Shown piece after piece: positions 13,175 through 27,200 of a stretch of DNA of 64,000 nt. Under the pieces are notes generated by a model. It was not told where the DNA came from. It made no database searches and was given only the letters and a program-made list of their open reading frames with translations. Location: contig NC_069004.1 in NCBI RefSeq assembly GCF_001194135.2, forward strand, positions 31,536,775 to 31,600,774, read 5' to 3'. Source of the stretch: Octopus bimaculoides. Lineage: Eukaryota. A program made the translations under genes and the position numbers. Each line of letters starts with the position of its first letter. Position 1 is the stretch's first letter.

Positions 13175-16100
13175 AGTATGTATGAGGGGGTGCTTCAAAG
13201 TTCCTGGTTTTGAGTAAAAGAAAATACAGGAGGATCAGTTAATTATGACTTTATCCAACATATTTCCCCTCTCATATTTGCATTTATTGCAGTGGTCTTT
13301 CCGTTTTTCTAAGCCCTGTAAAAGAACTTGGAGGCTTGGGCCTTCAACCAGGCCTTTCACGACACCCTTAAAGCCAGGAACTTTTCAACACCCCTCGTGT
13401 ATATATACATATACATACACAAACACACACACACGTATATACAATAGGCTTCCTCACAGTTTTTCTCTGCCATATCCACTCACATGGCATTGGTCAGCCC
13501 AGGGCTATAGTAAAAGACACTTGCCCAAGGTGCCATGCAGTGGGACAGGACCCAAAATCACATGGTTCAAAAGCAAGCTTGCTTCTTAGTCACACACCAT
13601 GCCCGCTATGGCTAACTACATTAAGTACATTAGCACTAACTTAATTAGATGTAATATTTTTGTAATCAAGTAAGTTTAATTACCTCGGCCCCTTTCAGAG
13701 TTTTTGCCATATCCTGTTGGTATTGGTTGGGGTCAAGCCACACACGTAAGGTTCTTGTGTCTCCATGGAGATCAGGTTTGGGTTCAGGACCTAAGAAATT
13801 AGATAATAATAATAATGATGATGATGATGATGATAATAATAATAATAATAATGATTCTTTCTAATTTTTGGTGCAGACACAAAAAGATCTTGATTGTGTG
13901 GTGATAGGTTGTTCCTTACCTTCTTCAATAACTTTGCCGTTGTCATCAAGAAGACCCTCAATTTCACAGCCTCTAACGTAAGTCAGTCCAACCTGTGGAC
14001 TGAAAGGTTTCTCAGAGTTGTAAGGTGTCCCAATAGGGGATGTTGGTTTCACCGTGATGAGGAAAGCCACATCATGTTTCCGTAGAGCTGAAAATTAACA
14101 ACAACAACAACAATAATTATAATAATAAGTTAAAGAAGTGATTTTAAATTCTCAATCGCAGGATAATGCTAATGATACAGCCTGAACAGGATAAACTACC
14201 CCTATTTTGCAGAAAAAAGTGTAGGTGGTTAGCTATGAGACTCGAACTCACACCTCCGTGATTACGCGTCGCGGTGCTCTGACCGAATGAGCTAAACTCC
14301 CCCACTACAGGTTCCTCTGCAAATTTAAGATGCATAGAAATCTTGCTTTGTGAGACGCTATCATATGTTAAATTCAAATTACGATGAACGTAAACAAACA
14401 AACGAAGGTTGCTTTTAGAAGCGTTGAGATGTCTTAGAAAGTTAAAGAAGTGATTTTAAATTCTCAATCGCAGGATAATGCTAATAATATAGCCTGAACA
14501 TTGCTTTCTTTAGTTTTGGGCCAAAGGAGCTAGCTTAAAAGTCCACATGGCGTGTGGCTTTTGGGCTAGTTTAAATTAAAAGTAATTAAAAGAAAAATTA
14601 ATTAGTCTCGTACCTTCCCATTCAGATTTTATTTCCGGTCTGACACTTAGGTTGACGGTGATGTCGGCACGGACCTGAGATGGATGATATTCTCCGATGC
14701 GAGGTTTGGCAACCTGGGAGGAAGAATTCACAAGTAAATAAAAGACAAAAACCAAAGAAAAAAAATGAAATAAAATAAGAAAAACAAAGGGAAATACACA
14801 AGAGAAGGACGAGTATGGTTGCGTGGTTTGGAGTTCAATCCCAGGGCACAGCAACGTGGCTGTCTTCTACTATAGCCCTGTGCCAACCTATGCCTTATGA
14901 ATGCATTTGGTAGATGGAAAATGAAAGAAGCCCAATATCATCATCAGCATCATCACTATTAATAATGATAGTGATGATGATGATGATAATAATGGTGATG
15001 GTGGTTGTTATGTCATAGGTTTGAATATCTCATCACCAATAATGATATGACGACGATGTGCAACGGGGGTGGGTAGGAATAGTAGTACCCCAAATAAAAA
15101 TTTGGATATGGTTATCTAGAATAACCTTTCACAGAGTTAATACGTTCACACAGAGCGTATTCCATACTATGCCAAACATACAAACTAATACAGTAATCCA
15201 ATACAAATGACCGACCCTGTCAACCACCAACAGTTCACACAGCTTTTGGCCACGGGGGGGNNNNNNNNNNGGTTGCGCCATTCGAGCCCATCCACCAAAC
15301 ATTGTTGACTGGTCTTCTGCAAGCCTGAAGAAAACAGTAAGGAAAAAAAAACATTAACAAAACAATAATAATAATAATAATAATAATATTCGTTCAACAT
15401 CCTTAAACAAACCTTATTCAAGGACCTTTTGAGTGGGATGGGCTACTCGACCTGAACAAAATTCCAACTAGGCCCCACTTGCAAGGTCATGCGCTGTTTA
15501 TCTTGATATGAGATCACCATGTCATGCAGATATGGTTGTGGTACATGTGCCTGGTGTACCCTTATCAGACGGGTAGTCATGATGGGTATAATGGGCTTTG
15601 TATATTTTACCTCAGTGTCACTTTGATGGCATGCCCTGCTCTCTCACTCAATAATAATAATAGTAATAATAATAATCCTTTTTACTAAAGGTGCAAGGCC
15701 TGAAATCTGGGAGGGGTGGGGGACTAGTCGATTACCTCGCCCCTCCCCCGCCACCTCAGTGTTTCACTGGTACTTGATTTATTGATCCGGGAAGGATGAA
15801 AGAGGCAAAGTCAACCTCGGTGGAATTTGAACTCAGAACATAGCAAAGGACAAAATGCTGCCAAGCATGTTGCCTGGTGTACTAACGATTCGGCCAGCTC
15901 GCTGCCTTAATAATAATGATGATAATAATAATAATAATAATGGCTTCAAATTTTGGCACAAGGCCAGCAATTTCAGGGGAGGGGTTAAGTCAATTACATT
16001 GACCCCAGTACTCAACTGGTACTTATTTTATCGACCTCACCAAAGGATGAAAGGCAAAGCGAACCTCAGTGGAATACCAATCATAATAATAATAATAACA

Positions 16101-16941
16101 ATCCTTTCTACTATAGGCACAAGGCCTGAAAATCTTTTTTTTTTTGGTGGGGGGAGTAGTCGATTATATCGACCCAGTGTTTTACTGGTACTTAATTTAT
16201 TGAATAAAAGAATAAAAGAATGTGAATGTAAGTTTACACAGACAGAAGTGTGTTTTCTGTGTGAAGATAAAATGAATTTGATGATCAGAAACAATGTTAT
16301 TACCATGGTTTCATGTGAGTCAAGGCGTCTTCTATGTCCTGTCTGATTTCATCTGGAAAAGAAAAAGGAACAAAGATGTGAATGATGGTTCCAAATTTTT
16401 GGCAGATGGTCGGTAATNNNNNNNNNNNNNNNNNNNNNNNNNNNNNNNNNNNNNNNNNNNNNNNNNNNNNNNNNNNNNNNNNNNNNNNNNNNNNNNNNNN
16501 NNNNNNNNNNNNNNNNNNNNNNNNNNNNNNNNNNNNNNNNNNNNNNNNNNNNNNNNNNNNNNNNNNNNNNNNNNNNCCCCCAAATGAAAGGTAAAGTTGA
16601 GTTTGGCAGAATATGGACTCAGAATGTAAAGAACCACACAGCAAATGGTGCTGAATATTTTTGCCCAAAGGGGAAAACTGGGTATAAGAGGCATCAGATG
16701 TTGTGGGCAAGAGAGAAGACTGTGCTGGTTTGGTCATGTGATGCGTATGGATGAGGACAGTTGTGAAAAGAAGTGCCGAATTCTAACTGTGGAGGGTACC
16801 TGTGGAAGGGGTAGACCCAAGAAGACATGGGAGGAAGTGGTGAGAAAGGATCTTCAGACACTGGGCCTCACTGAAGAAATGACAAGGGACTACTAAGCAT
16901 TTCATCCAGCATGCTAACGATTCTGCCAGCTCACCACCTTC

Positions 16942-16977
<36 letters not shown>

Positions 16978-17641
16978 CCTTTTTACTGAAGGTACAAGGC
17001 CTGAAATTTTGTGGGAAGGGACCTGTTGATTACAACGACCCCAATATTTCACCGGTACTTAATTTATCAAACCTGAAAGGATAAAAGGCAAAGTCCACCT
17101 CGGCAGAATTTGAACTCAGAATGTAAAGACAGATGAAATGCTGCTGAGCATTTTGCCTGGAATGCTTGCTGCCTTGATGATGGTGGTGGTGGTGGTGATG
17201 ACGATGATGATGGTGGTGATGACGATGATGATGATGATGAAAATAATAATGGAAATAAAACTTACAGGTAGATTCCAAGCGGAATAAATTGAAGTTTTTG
17301 AGAAGATAATCGTGTAGGGTGAGAAACTGAAGGTTCATTTTTGGTAATGCCAGGCATCCTGCAAGGGAGGAAGAGAAGTCAGTGAATACAAGAGAGAGGA
17401 ATTAGGGAAGGCGATAGGAATTACTGCATGATTAAGAAACTTATCATGGTCCCAGGTTGTTACATAGCTCCATGGCACCAGGGACGTATCTCCATGTGAC
17501 ATATCTAGGGTAAGGATCTCTTACCATAGCCTTGGGATGGTCAATGGAATGAATTAGGTAGAGACTCTTAAGAAAAGCACACGGGAACGTGAAACTCAGA
17601 GTAACGGTTTTTTTGTTATATTTCTGCTGCTTTTAAATAAA

Positions 17642-17727
<86 letters not shown>

Positions 17728-20700
17728 CGAAAGAGAGAGAGGAGGCAATGACCAAGATCTTTGGCATTATGTCATGCTTGAGAAGAAGACCCATCAAGCC
17801 AAGCAAAATTGCAGTGATGGCAGACACTGGTGTCACACAAATGGCACCCATGCCAGTGGCATGTAAAAGCACCCATTACACTCTGTGGAGTGGTTGGAGT
17901 TAGGAAGAGCATGCAGCCATAGAAAACCATGTCAAATCAGGCTGGAGTCTGGTGCAGCATTCCAGCTTACCAGTTCTGGTCAAACCATGCCAGCATGGAC
18001 AAAGGATGTTAAAAGATGATGATGAGAGAAAGAGAATGAAATAGCCTTTATTTGAGAAAAGTTGCTCACCTTCACCAGAGAAATATTCTGTTGGAACTAT
18101 ATTTTCATCCCAAATAATATTTTCTGTTGGATAAAGAGGCATCTCATTGATGGTCTCAAGTTGTGATGGACGTTTTTGATGTTTAGTTATCTGGAATTGA
18201 AATAAATGAAGAACGGTGAAATTTTGAGACATTGTGCCTTTAGTAGAAAGGATTAATACACATAGGCACACATATAAGCTAATGAAGAACAAGGGGGGNN
18301 NNNNNNNNNNNNNNNNNNNNNNNNNNNNNNNNNNNNNNNNNNNNNNNNNNNNNNNNNNNNNNNNNNNNNNNNNNNNNNNNNNNNNNNNNNNNNNNNNNNN
18401 NNNNNNNNNNNNNNNNNNNNNNNNNNNNNNNNNNNNNNNNNNNNNNNNNNNNNNNNNNNNNNNNNNNNNNNNNNNNNNNNNNNNNNNNNNNNNNNNNNNN
18501 NNNNNNNNNNNNNNNNNNNNNNNNNNNNNNNNNNNNNNNNNNNNNNNNNNNNNNNNNNNNNNNNNNNNNNNNNNNNNNNNNNNNNNNNNNNNNNNNNNNN
18601 NNNNNNNNNNNNNNNNNNNNNNNNNNNNNNNNNNNNNNNNNNNNNNNNNNNNNNNNNNNNNNNNNNNNNNNNNNNNNNNNNNNNNNNNNNNNNNNNNNNN
18701 NNNNNNNNNNNNNNNNNNNNNNNNNNNNNNNNNNNNNNNNNNNNNNNNNNNNNNNNNNNNNNNNNNNNNNNNNNNNNNNNNNNNNNNNNNNNNNNNNNNN
18801 NNNNNNNNNNNNNNNNNNNNNNNNNNNNNNNNNNNNNNNNNNNNNNNNNNNNNNNNNNNNNNNNNNNNNNNNNNNNNNNNNNNNNNNNNNNNNNNNNNNN
18901 NNNNNNNNNNNNNNNNNNNNNNNNNNNNNNNNNNNNNNNNNNNNNNNNNNNNNNNNNNNNNNNNNNNNNNNNNNNNNNNNNNNNNNNNNNNNNNNNNNNN
19001 NNNNNNNNNNNNNGAGAAAGAGAAGAATAAAGGTAAAAAAAATTGAAAGGATTAAAGAAAAGACAAACATAAATTTAAAAAAAAAAAGAAATGGTGGGAA
19101 AATATTAAAAAAAATAAAAAAACAGAGTCAAATGAAAATTGTGAAGGAGTTGTTAATTTGAAAATTCTTTTAGTTACCAATAGTTCTAGTAAGAATTCTG
19201 ATGGCATGTCTGTCTCTTCTTTCTGAGGAAACGGCAATAAATTGAGATGAGCACAGATCTTGTGTAAAGACAATTTACAGCTGAAGAATAGAAAGAGAGA
19301 AAAGTATGTCTGAAATATAACCATTCCTTGAGAACCAAAATTAGATTTTAGCAAAAAGAAGGAAAGAAAGGAGAGAGAGAGAGAGAGAGAAGGAGGGAAA
19401 TAAAACAACAAGTATTTTCCAGAAAACTGCTAGCTTAGCATCTTTTAATGTTCATGTGTTTTACGTCTGTCTTTCCATGCTTGCATGGGTTAGATCAATA
19501 TGTTAGTGAGGCATCTGGTTGCTCTATGTTAACCTCAAATGGGTATACTAATCACCTTCCTCAAAAGTCCAACCCTTGACCTCATTGTGGGGAAGGTTAA
19601 ATGAGTGAGTGTCAGAGCTATGCAGTAAGGGACTTTGAGTCCATGGTAGGGCGACCCAGGGCAGATAGGTCTGACACAGGCAGTGCTAGGGCCGCAACCC
19701 AGCTAAGTGGAAGGAGATGATGAATTCTACGCAGTGTCTGTTCCAGAATCTGTTGGCTTCCTGGTGACGTTGGATTGCGTCTGCAGGCATTCTGCAGCAA
19801 GAAGGTGTTACATAAGGACGACCTACCACCAGTCGTATACGGTGGCTTACAAATACGGACAAGAACTGTTTTTGCAGACTCCGATCATTGCTTGGAACTC
19901 TTAAGAACTCACAACGGAACACCCGCGGTGAACTCAGTGGGAACTGGAGCTAGCTCAAGCCCTCCTGGAAGAATGCTATTAGAACACAAGACTTGGTCCA
20001 TATTTGCACCGGATCATGTGAAAAGAACCGGTGAGTAGACATGCCTGCCAAAGTAGCAGAAAGTAAAGACATTACCATTCTTTGGGACTTTAGCACTCAA
20101 ACTGACCAGGCTATTCAGGGCCACAACAACCGATATTATGGTGAAAAATCACATTGACAAAACTATATTTACTCATAGATATGTTAATCCCAGCAGACTG
20201 CAACACATCTATGAAAATGTTTGGAAAGTTTGGTGGTCAGCTGACAGAATCGTTGGCACACTGGACAAAATGGATAACAGCATTTTGCCTGTCTCTATGT
20301 TCTGAGTTCAAATTCTGCTGAGGTCAACTTTATCCTATCTTGAATGAGAACCCAATACTGTAACAGCTTAGGTTTCAAGGGTCTACAACTGTTCAACATT
20401 CCGCCAAACAGTCTCAGAGATTTGCGAGGGGTAGATATGGAGGTCTTCAAAGAATGTCTGGACAAACTTCTATCTGAGATACCAGATGAACCCACATTGC
20501 GCAGGGGGCACAGAGAAGAGCAGCTCCGTTTAACTCGTTACTTTGCCAGAAACAACGAAGAAAAGAAACCCAAACACACTGAAAGGTGATGCTCCAGCAT
20601 GGCCTCAGCCACTGGCTGAAACTAGTAAAATATAAAAGATAAATACAAGGACCTTGAAATAGAGGTCACCAACTGTATATGTGATCATCAGAATTTTGGG

Positions 20701-23700
20701 GATAATAGTGAATGGCACTTTTAGTCAAAAACTAGGAAACCCAAAAGTATCAGAACTAAAAAAAAAAAAAAGTTCGAAATTTCCCCATGACACCTGATGA
20801 AGGCTGGAGGGTATATCAGCTGAAATGTTGTGTTAACAACAAACAAGATGAGGGCAAATATCCATCGAATGTAAATAATGTACATAATTCCTCATCTCTT
20901 AAATATAGAACTGTACTATAAATGCAAGACCTGAAATTTGGTGAGAAGGGGTTAGTTGATTACATTGACCCCAGTGACATTTATTCAACTGGTATTTATT
21001 TTATCATCCCCAAAAGGATGAAAAGGAAAGTTGAGCTCAGTGGAATATCAAATAAAATTAATGATGATGATGATGATGATAAACATGAAATGTTTCCTAC
21101 TCTATTGCAGAGAAATGCTTCATCAGAGCTTGTCGGGTGTCAATGCTGGCCACGTTTGCAATGGCAAAATCTTGTAAATCCTCAAACTGTTGGAAGAGAA
21201 CTTTCTAGAAAATAAAAGAAAAAGAAATGAGAGACAAAAAGTGAGAGGAGAATTACAAATCATACGATTAATTAATTAATTAGAAACAAAGAACAACAAA
21301 TATCGGAAGAAATTAGTGATGGTCAGTGTTGAAAGGAAGAAAGAGAAAAGGTAAAAAAAAGGGGGAAAAAATGAAACCAGCAGCATTTTTAGGGTATGAG
21401 ACGTTTTGGCACTGCCTGTTTGGCATCAATGGGATGCTGACTTAAATGACATTAGACGTTTTAATGTTTCAGTAAAAAGCTTGTTTCTCAACCACAAGGT
21501 TCAGGGTTCAGTCCCACTGCAAGGCACCTTGGGCAAGTGTCTTCTACTATAGCCTCGGGCTGACCAAAGCCTTTTGAGTGGATTTGGTAGAAGGAAACTG
21601 AAAGAATCCCATCATACATATGTATGTATGTATGTGTTTGTCCATCCATCACCACTTGGCAACTGGTGTTGGCATGTTTACATCCCTGCATCAACCCTCA
21701 GGCATGTACAAGAAAATAAATAAATAATAATAATTAAGTAGATGTGCATTTATTGACCCTTTGAATAGTCCCATCGACCCCCAGGGGTCGATATCAACCA
21801 CTTCGGAGACCCCTGACTTAGAAGGATCCTCTTCAACACTATGTCCTATCACTTTGTCTGTTTCAACATCTTCAGATTAATGGTCACCACTTCTGGGCAC
21901 ACCTCCCTCTCCCATCATTTCCTTCTACAAGGAAGTGTCACCTGACACTTCTTCATTCATCTATCATCATCATCATCGACCCCTGGACATTTCCATGTCA
22001 AGTCCCAGGACTCGCAAAGCCGATTACCAATTTCCATTGCATGTAGGTGACCAAGGCCAGAATGATCTCACTGAACTGGAACAACACAAAATGAGGCGAT
22101 TTTGCTCAAGAACACAACGCACCACTCTGCCCAGTTATTGAAACCACGATCTTGCAAACGTGAATGCAAAGTCCTAACCAAGTAGGCCGCCACTCATCTT
22201 CACTAAATTATCGTTCATACGCATTAAACGTCTGTACCAATGCAGTTGTCTCCCCTGCGCACTACACCTCGTTCTTCTACTTTGTGCCTCGTCATCCATG
22301 CACACAAACACTAAGTATCCATTGGAGCATGCTTTCTTCATTACTTTCCACTCCTCACACAACCCCTCCACGTTCAGTGTGCCCATGTCTTACAGCGAAA
22401 CAGTACAGCAGTTTATACTAGATTGCAGTATAGCAAGAACTGACAGAATTTAAATTTGCAACATAAAGAGCAGGAAGAAACACTTTTAATGATGCTAGCA
22501 TCTCAACACTAATTCTTTCTTATTTTGGCACAAGGCTGGCAATTTTGAAGGGACAGGGGCAAGTTGATCAATTTACAGCCCTTAATAGTTTCAAAGTCAT
22601 GAAAGAACCTTGCCCTTACCACCCGAATCTATGAGGGTGGGCTGAAGAATTCATAGACTGACTATGAAGGAGTGATGCTAGAGCTGTGAAATCTTGCAGT
22701 GGTGATGATGATGATGATGTCAGGTCTGTTGGTGATGATATTTTTGACCAACAAGATGAAAGCTTTTTCACCAATGTGATCCAAGTACTGCAACACTGAT
22801 GGAAGAAGTGTGTGGACCACAAGGGGGATTATATCGATAAATAAACCTCATTTAGTCACATTCCATGAGAGTGTCTTGGTCAGCCCTATAAATATTTCAA
22901 CCAACTTTTATACTTCCAACAATGAGTGAAAACTGTTACCTGAAGGGCTGTGATCTTGTTGTAGTGAATGTCGATCCGATCATGGATTGTTAAGGCTTCT
23001 CCGTTCTGGTCATTGATTTCAAACTCTACATACATTTCCAGCATGTCCAGCAACTGTAAGAAAGAAAAGAATCTGTAGAACCTGTTGTCAGTGGCAGGAA
23101 TCTCTACTTGTTGCCCTGTTAAGTTAGGGGACATAAACACAGACAAGGTTTGAAAAAAAGGGTTTGACATACACAAACACACGCACATATACATACATAC
23201 ATATTCACACACACACACGCACATCTCCATCCACCAATTTTACTTACAAGCCATTGGTCAACCAAAGAAAGAAAAATTAATTTACCTGTCCAAAGAGTTT
23301 TCCTTCTGGTTTCTTGATCAGGTTGGACAGCTTACTGACCACCAGGAAGTGAGTGTTATCAATGAGGGCATTAAAGAAACGTCGGGTTGGAAGCTGGGCC
23401 TCCAGATCGATCATTAGTTCCAAGAAGCGTTCACAGTAGTGAATGGAATCTCGAGACACTGCACCTGAAGGAAATTAAGAGTGGAATGAATGGAGGTGGA
23501 CAAAAGGGTAGATTGGACTGGACAAAGGGGTAGATTGATCTGGACAAAGGGGTAGATTGGACTAGACAAAGGGGAAGATTGATCTGGACAAAGGGGTAGA
23601 TTGGACTGGACAAAGGGTTTAGACTGGACTACAGAAAGGGGTAGATTGATCTGGACAAAGGGGTAGAGTGGACTGAAAAAAGGGATAGATTGGACTGGAG

Positions 23701-24243
23701 AAAGGGGTAGATTGGACTGGAGAAAGGGGTAGATTGGACTGGACAAAGGGACAGAGTTGACTGGTAGATCATTGGAATGGACAGACATATGGGTGGGGAA
23801 GAGGTAGATGGATAGAGAATTCAGTAGAATGGATGAAATAGAAGAAGAATAAAATAGAGATATGGGTGGAAATGGAAGAGAAAGACAGAGACTAGGATGG
23901 AGAGAGATGTAACTGATTGAAGAGTGGTAGAAGGGAGAGGAATGGAAACAAAGCAGGCATGTGGGAGGGAAGGGATGGAGAGAGAGGCAGAGAAGGGGAA
24001 AGAAAAGTGAGGAAGAGAAAGAGAGAGATGTAAGGGGTGGAGAGGGAGAAAGAGAAGCAAAGATGAAGGAGTAGACAAAGGAAATGAGAGAGATGTGAGG
24101 GATGAAATGAAAGAGAAGTGAAAATGTAAGCAGAGATGTGTGGGAGTGGAGAGAAAAGGAGAGAAAGAGAGAGAGAGAAATGTGGAGGAGTGACCAGAGA
24201 GAGGAAGAGAGAGAGAAAGAGAAGCAGAGATGTGAGGAGTGGA

Positions 24244-24288
<45 letters not shown>

Positions 24289-27200
24289 ATGTGAGAGAGT
24301 GAACACAGCGAGAGAAAGCCAAAGATACAAGAGAGCAGACAGAGAAAGAGAGAAGGATGGACAAAGAGGGGAGGGGCACAGAGTAGAAAGGGAACAGAAA
24401 CAAAGAACTGCATAAAACTGTACAAAAGAGTAATGTGGTCAGTGAGTGGACAGACAGTGGACACAACCATGTAGAGACAGTTACATAACAGGGCAGACGG
24501 AATGAAGTTTCTATTAGACTAGTTTTTAATCCCTGAATGGCAATGGGGGTCCACCAGAATAAAATGTAATGGAAAAGGAACTCAAGACGTACCTGTCTCA
24601 GGAATTTGTTCCAAAACACTAAAATATCTTTTGATAAGGTTAAACAAAAAGCTGCACTCAAATTCGGATTTCTTTTTCTCTGCTTCGTCCAATTTGTTCT
24701 GACTTTTGCGAAGTAAATTGAAGAATTTCTTGTATTTTGGGAAAACACTGAACAGTTCTTCACATCGTCCCTGTTGGTATCAAGAAAAATAAATAAAGTT
24801 TTATAGAATTGTGAAGGGAACGTGTGGAAGGGGCAGACCCAGGAAGACATGGGACGAAGTGGTGAGAAACAACCTTCAAACTCTGGGCCCTGCAGAGGAG
24901 ATGACAAAGGACTGAGACTTCTGGCAGTTTGCTGCGCTTGGGGTCGACCCGCAGGCAGGTCCTCTACACTCCTTTCTCAGCTGAGAGGCCCCAGTTTTTT
25001 GGGGGGGGTTTCTTTGCAGGCTCGTGGCTGCTGATGCCATGTAAAAACACCCATGCAAGGTCGCATAAAAGCGCTTGTGCCAGGGTCACGTAAAAACAGC
25101 CATGCTAGAGCCTGTGTAAAAGCACCTGTGCTGGTGCCACATAAAAGCGCCCACGCTGGTGTGTAGGCCACCGATGGATACAATGTGACGACTAAGTGAC
25201 CAAACGACAGTATGTAAGGTCTAGGTCGATCTCATCGACTGGCCCACTCTCTCAAAATTTCAGGCCTTGTGCCTAACGTAGAAAAGAATATTATATATTT
25301 ATGCCATAGTCGAGTGGAGGCACATGGTTTAGTGGTTAAGGTGTTGGACTCATGATCATAAGATTGTGGTTTCAATTCCTAGACTGGGTGGTGGTGGTGC
25401 ATTGTGTTCTTGAGCAAAACACTTCATTTCACATTGCTCCAGTCCACTCAGCTGGTAAGAATGAGTAATCTTGCAACAGACTGGTCTCTTGTCCAAGAAG
25501 GAATATATATACGCCAGAGAAACAGGTCCTATGCTCTTTATGGAGTAATGCGAACTAACTACGTCATAGCAAAAACTAATGTTATAACCTTATGTCATAG
25601 CAAAGACTAATGTTATAACCTTATGTCATAGTAAAGACTAATATGATACAACAGTGTTACAGTAGTACACAAAATCAATATTACAAGGGGAGGATCAGGT
25701 CAAAAGAGAAAAATGATTTTGGTACTTACAGGGAGAAGGTTTATCCAGATACTTAAGGACACCAATTGTTGAACCTGTTCACGGATCAAATCCACCTCCT
25801 GTCAATTAAAATATTGATTTAGTTTAAAATGGGTCGAGTCTTTCTTTAATTCAAATTACCTAAATTACAATTTGAGTCAATTTATTTTTTTTAAATTGCT
25901 CAAAAACTGAAAATTGAGAAAATGTTATCATAGGTATGGCTGTGTGGTAGGAAGCTTGCTTCCCAACTACATGGTTCAGGGTTCAGTCCCACTGTGTGGC
26001 ATCTTGGCCAAGTATCTTCTGCTGTAGCTTTGGGTCAACCAAAGCTTTGTGAATGGACATGGTAGGCGGAAACTGAAAGAAGCCTGTCATCTTTGTGTGT
26101 GCGTGTGTCTTTCTGTTTGTTTGTCCCCCTACTCCATCACTGTTTGACAACCGGTGTTGGTGTGTTTACATCTGTGTAACTTAGCAGTACAGCAACAGAG
26201 ACTGGTAGAATAAGTCCTGTTCGACTAAAAATAACCATCAAGGCAGTGCTCCAGTATGGCTGCAGTCAAATGACAGAAACAAGTAAAAATAATATTAAAA
26301 AAAAAAAGGAATGAATAAATCAATTTGTGTTCTATAAAAGTTGCTCACAATAAGCAGTGTTGTGATTGTTATTATTCTTCCTGTCAACAAGTAAGTCATC
26401 CATTTGCTTCACACCTTTGAAGACAGGTATAGATGAGGGTGAGCGACAGGAAAGGCATTTGGCTGTAAAACCATGCTGTAATAATATATTCATCTAACTC
26501 ATGCTGGCATGGAAAAACAAATGTAAGACAAATAAACGGACAAGAACAATGATGATGATGATGATGATGATGATGGCAGCTGAAAAAGGAATCACTTACC
26601 AAACTGTTGAAACAATGGATGAGGAAGACTAAGAGCATGGATTGTTCTCGTAGGGAAAAGTTGGTCGCATTTATGCTGGCTTTTAGAACTTCTTGGAAGA
26701 ATCCTGCAAAGTTTTCTGATTTTGATTGAAAAGCCTGAAATGTAGAAAGTTGAGGTGAGAAATAAACATGTTAAAGACAAAATACTGAGGTGAACGAAAA
26801 CAGTGAACAAATACTGGGAAGGGAGGAGTGGTGTGAACTGTTAACGAACACTGGGGCTGAGGGTAGTGAACAAATTCCATTAACGAAGTGAAAGTGTGAA
26901 CAAATACCAAGAAAGGAGGAGTTAGGGAGCAGTGAACAAATATGATGACCTGAATAAGGTCTTCACTCCTTAGATACAGTTCCTAATTTAAAGACAGAAG
27001 GGTGTTTATTGAGGGGATATTTGGCTGAGTTATTCACTCTCTAAATATAACCCTGTCTTCAAGATGACAAACTGTTGATTGAGGAATATACATTCATAAT
27101 CATCATCATTTAATCCATATCAACCCACCGTCCTCGTTTGAGGACAGTTGTAGTTGGTTTATAGCGCAGCGAGCTGGCAGAATCATTAGCACGCCAGGCA

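Noticed and set aside
18299-19012. ORFs spanning N runs (for example 18234-19070, 2099-2849, 42466-42841, 52073-52690)
   Set aside because: Their length comes from untranslatable gap characters.
19600-19720. Possible HDV-like ribozyme at the RTE-like 5' end (GCTAA followed by GTGGAAGG)
   Set aside because: I could not build P1/P2/P3: there is no correctly placed complement for the putative P2 strand and no L3 UCC motif.
23414-24907. 497-aa minus-strand ORF, the longest in the track
   Set aside because: It is a stop-free read-through of a CT-rich tract and the 22-bp minisatellite, and it overlaps real AQR exons 9 and 10 in other frames.
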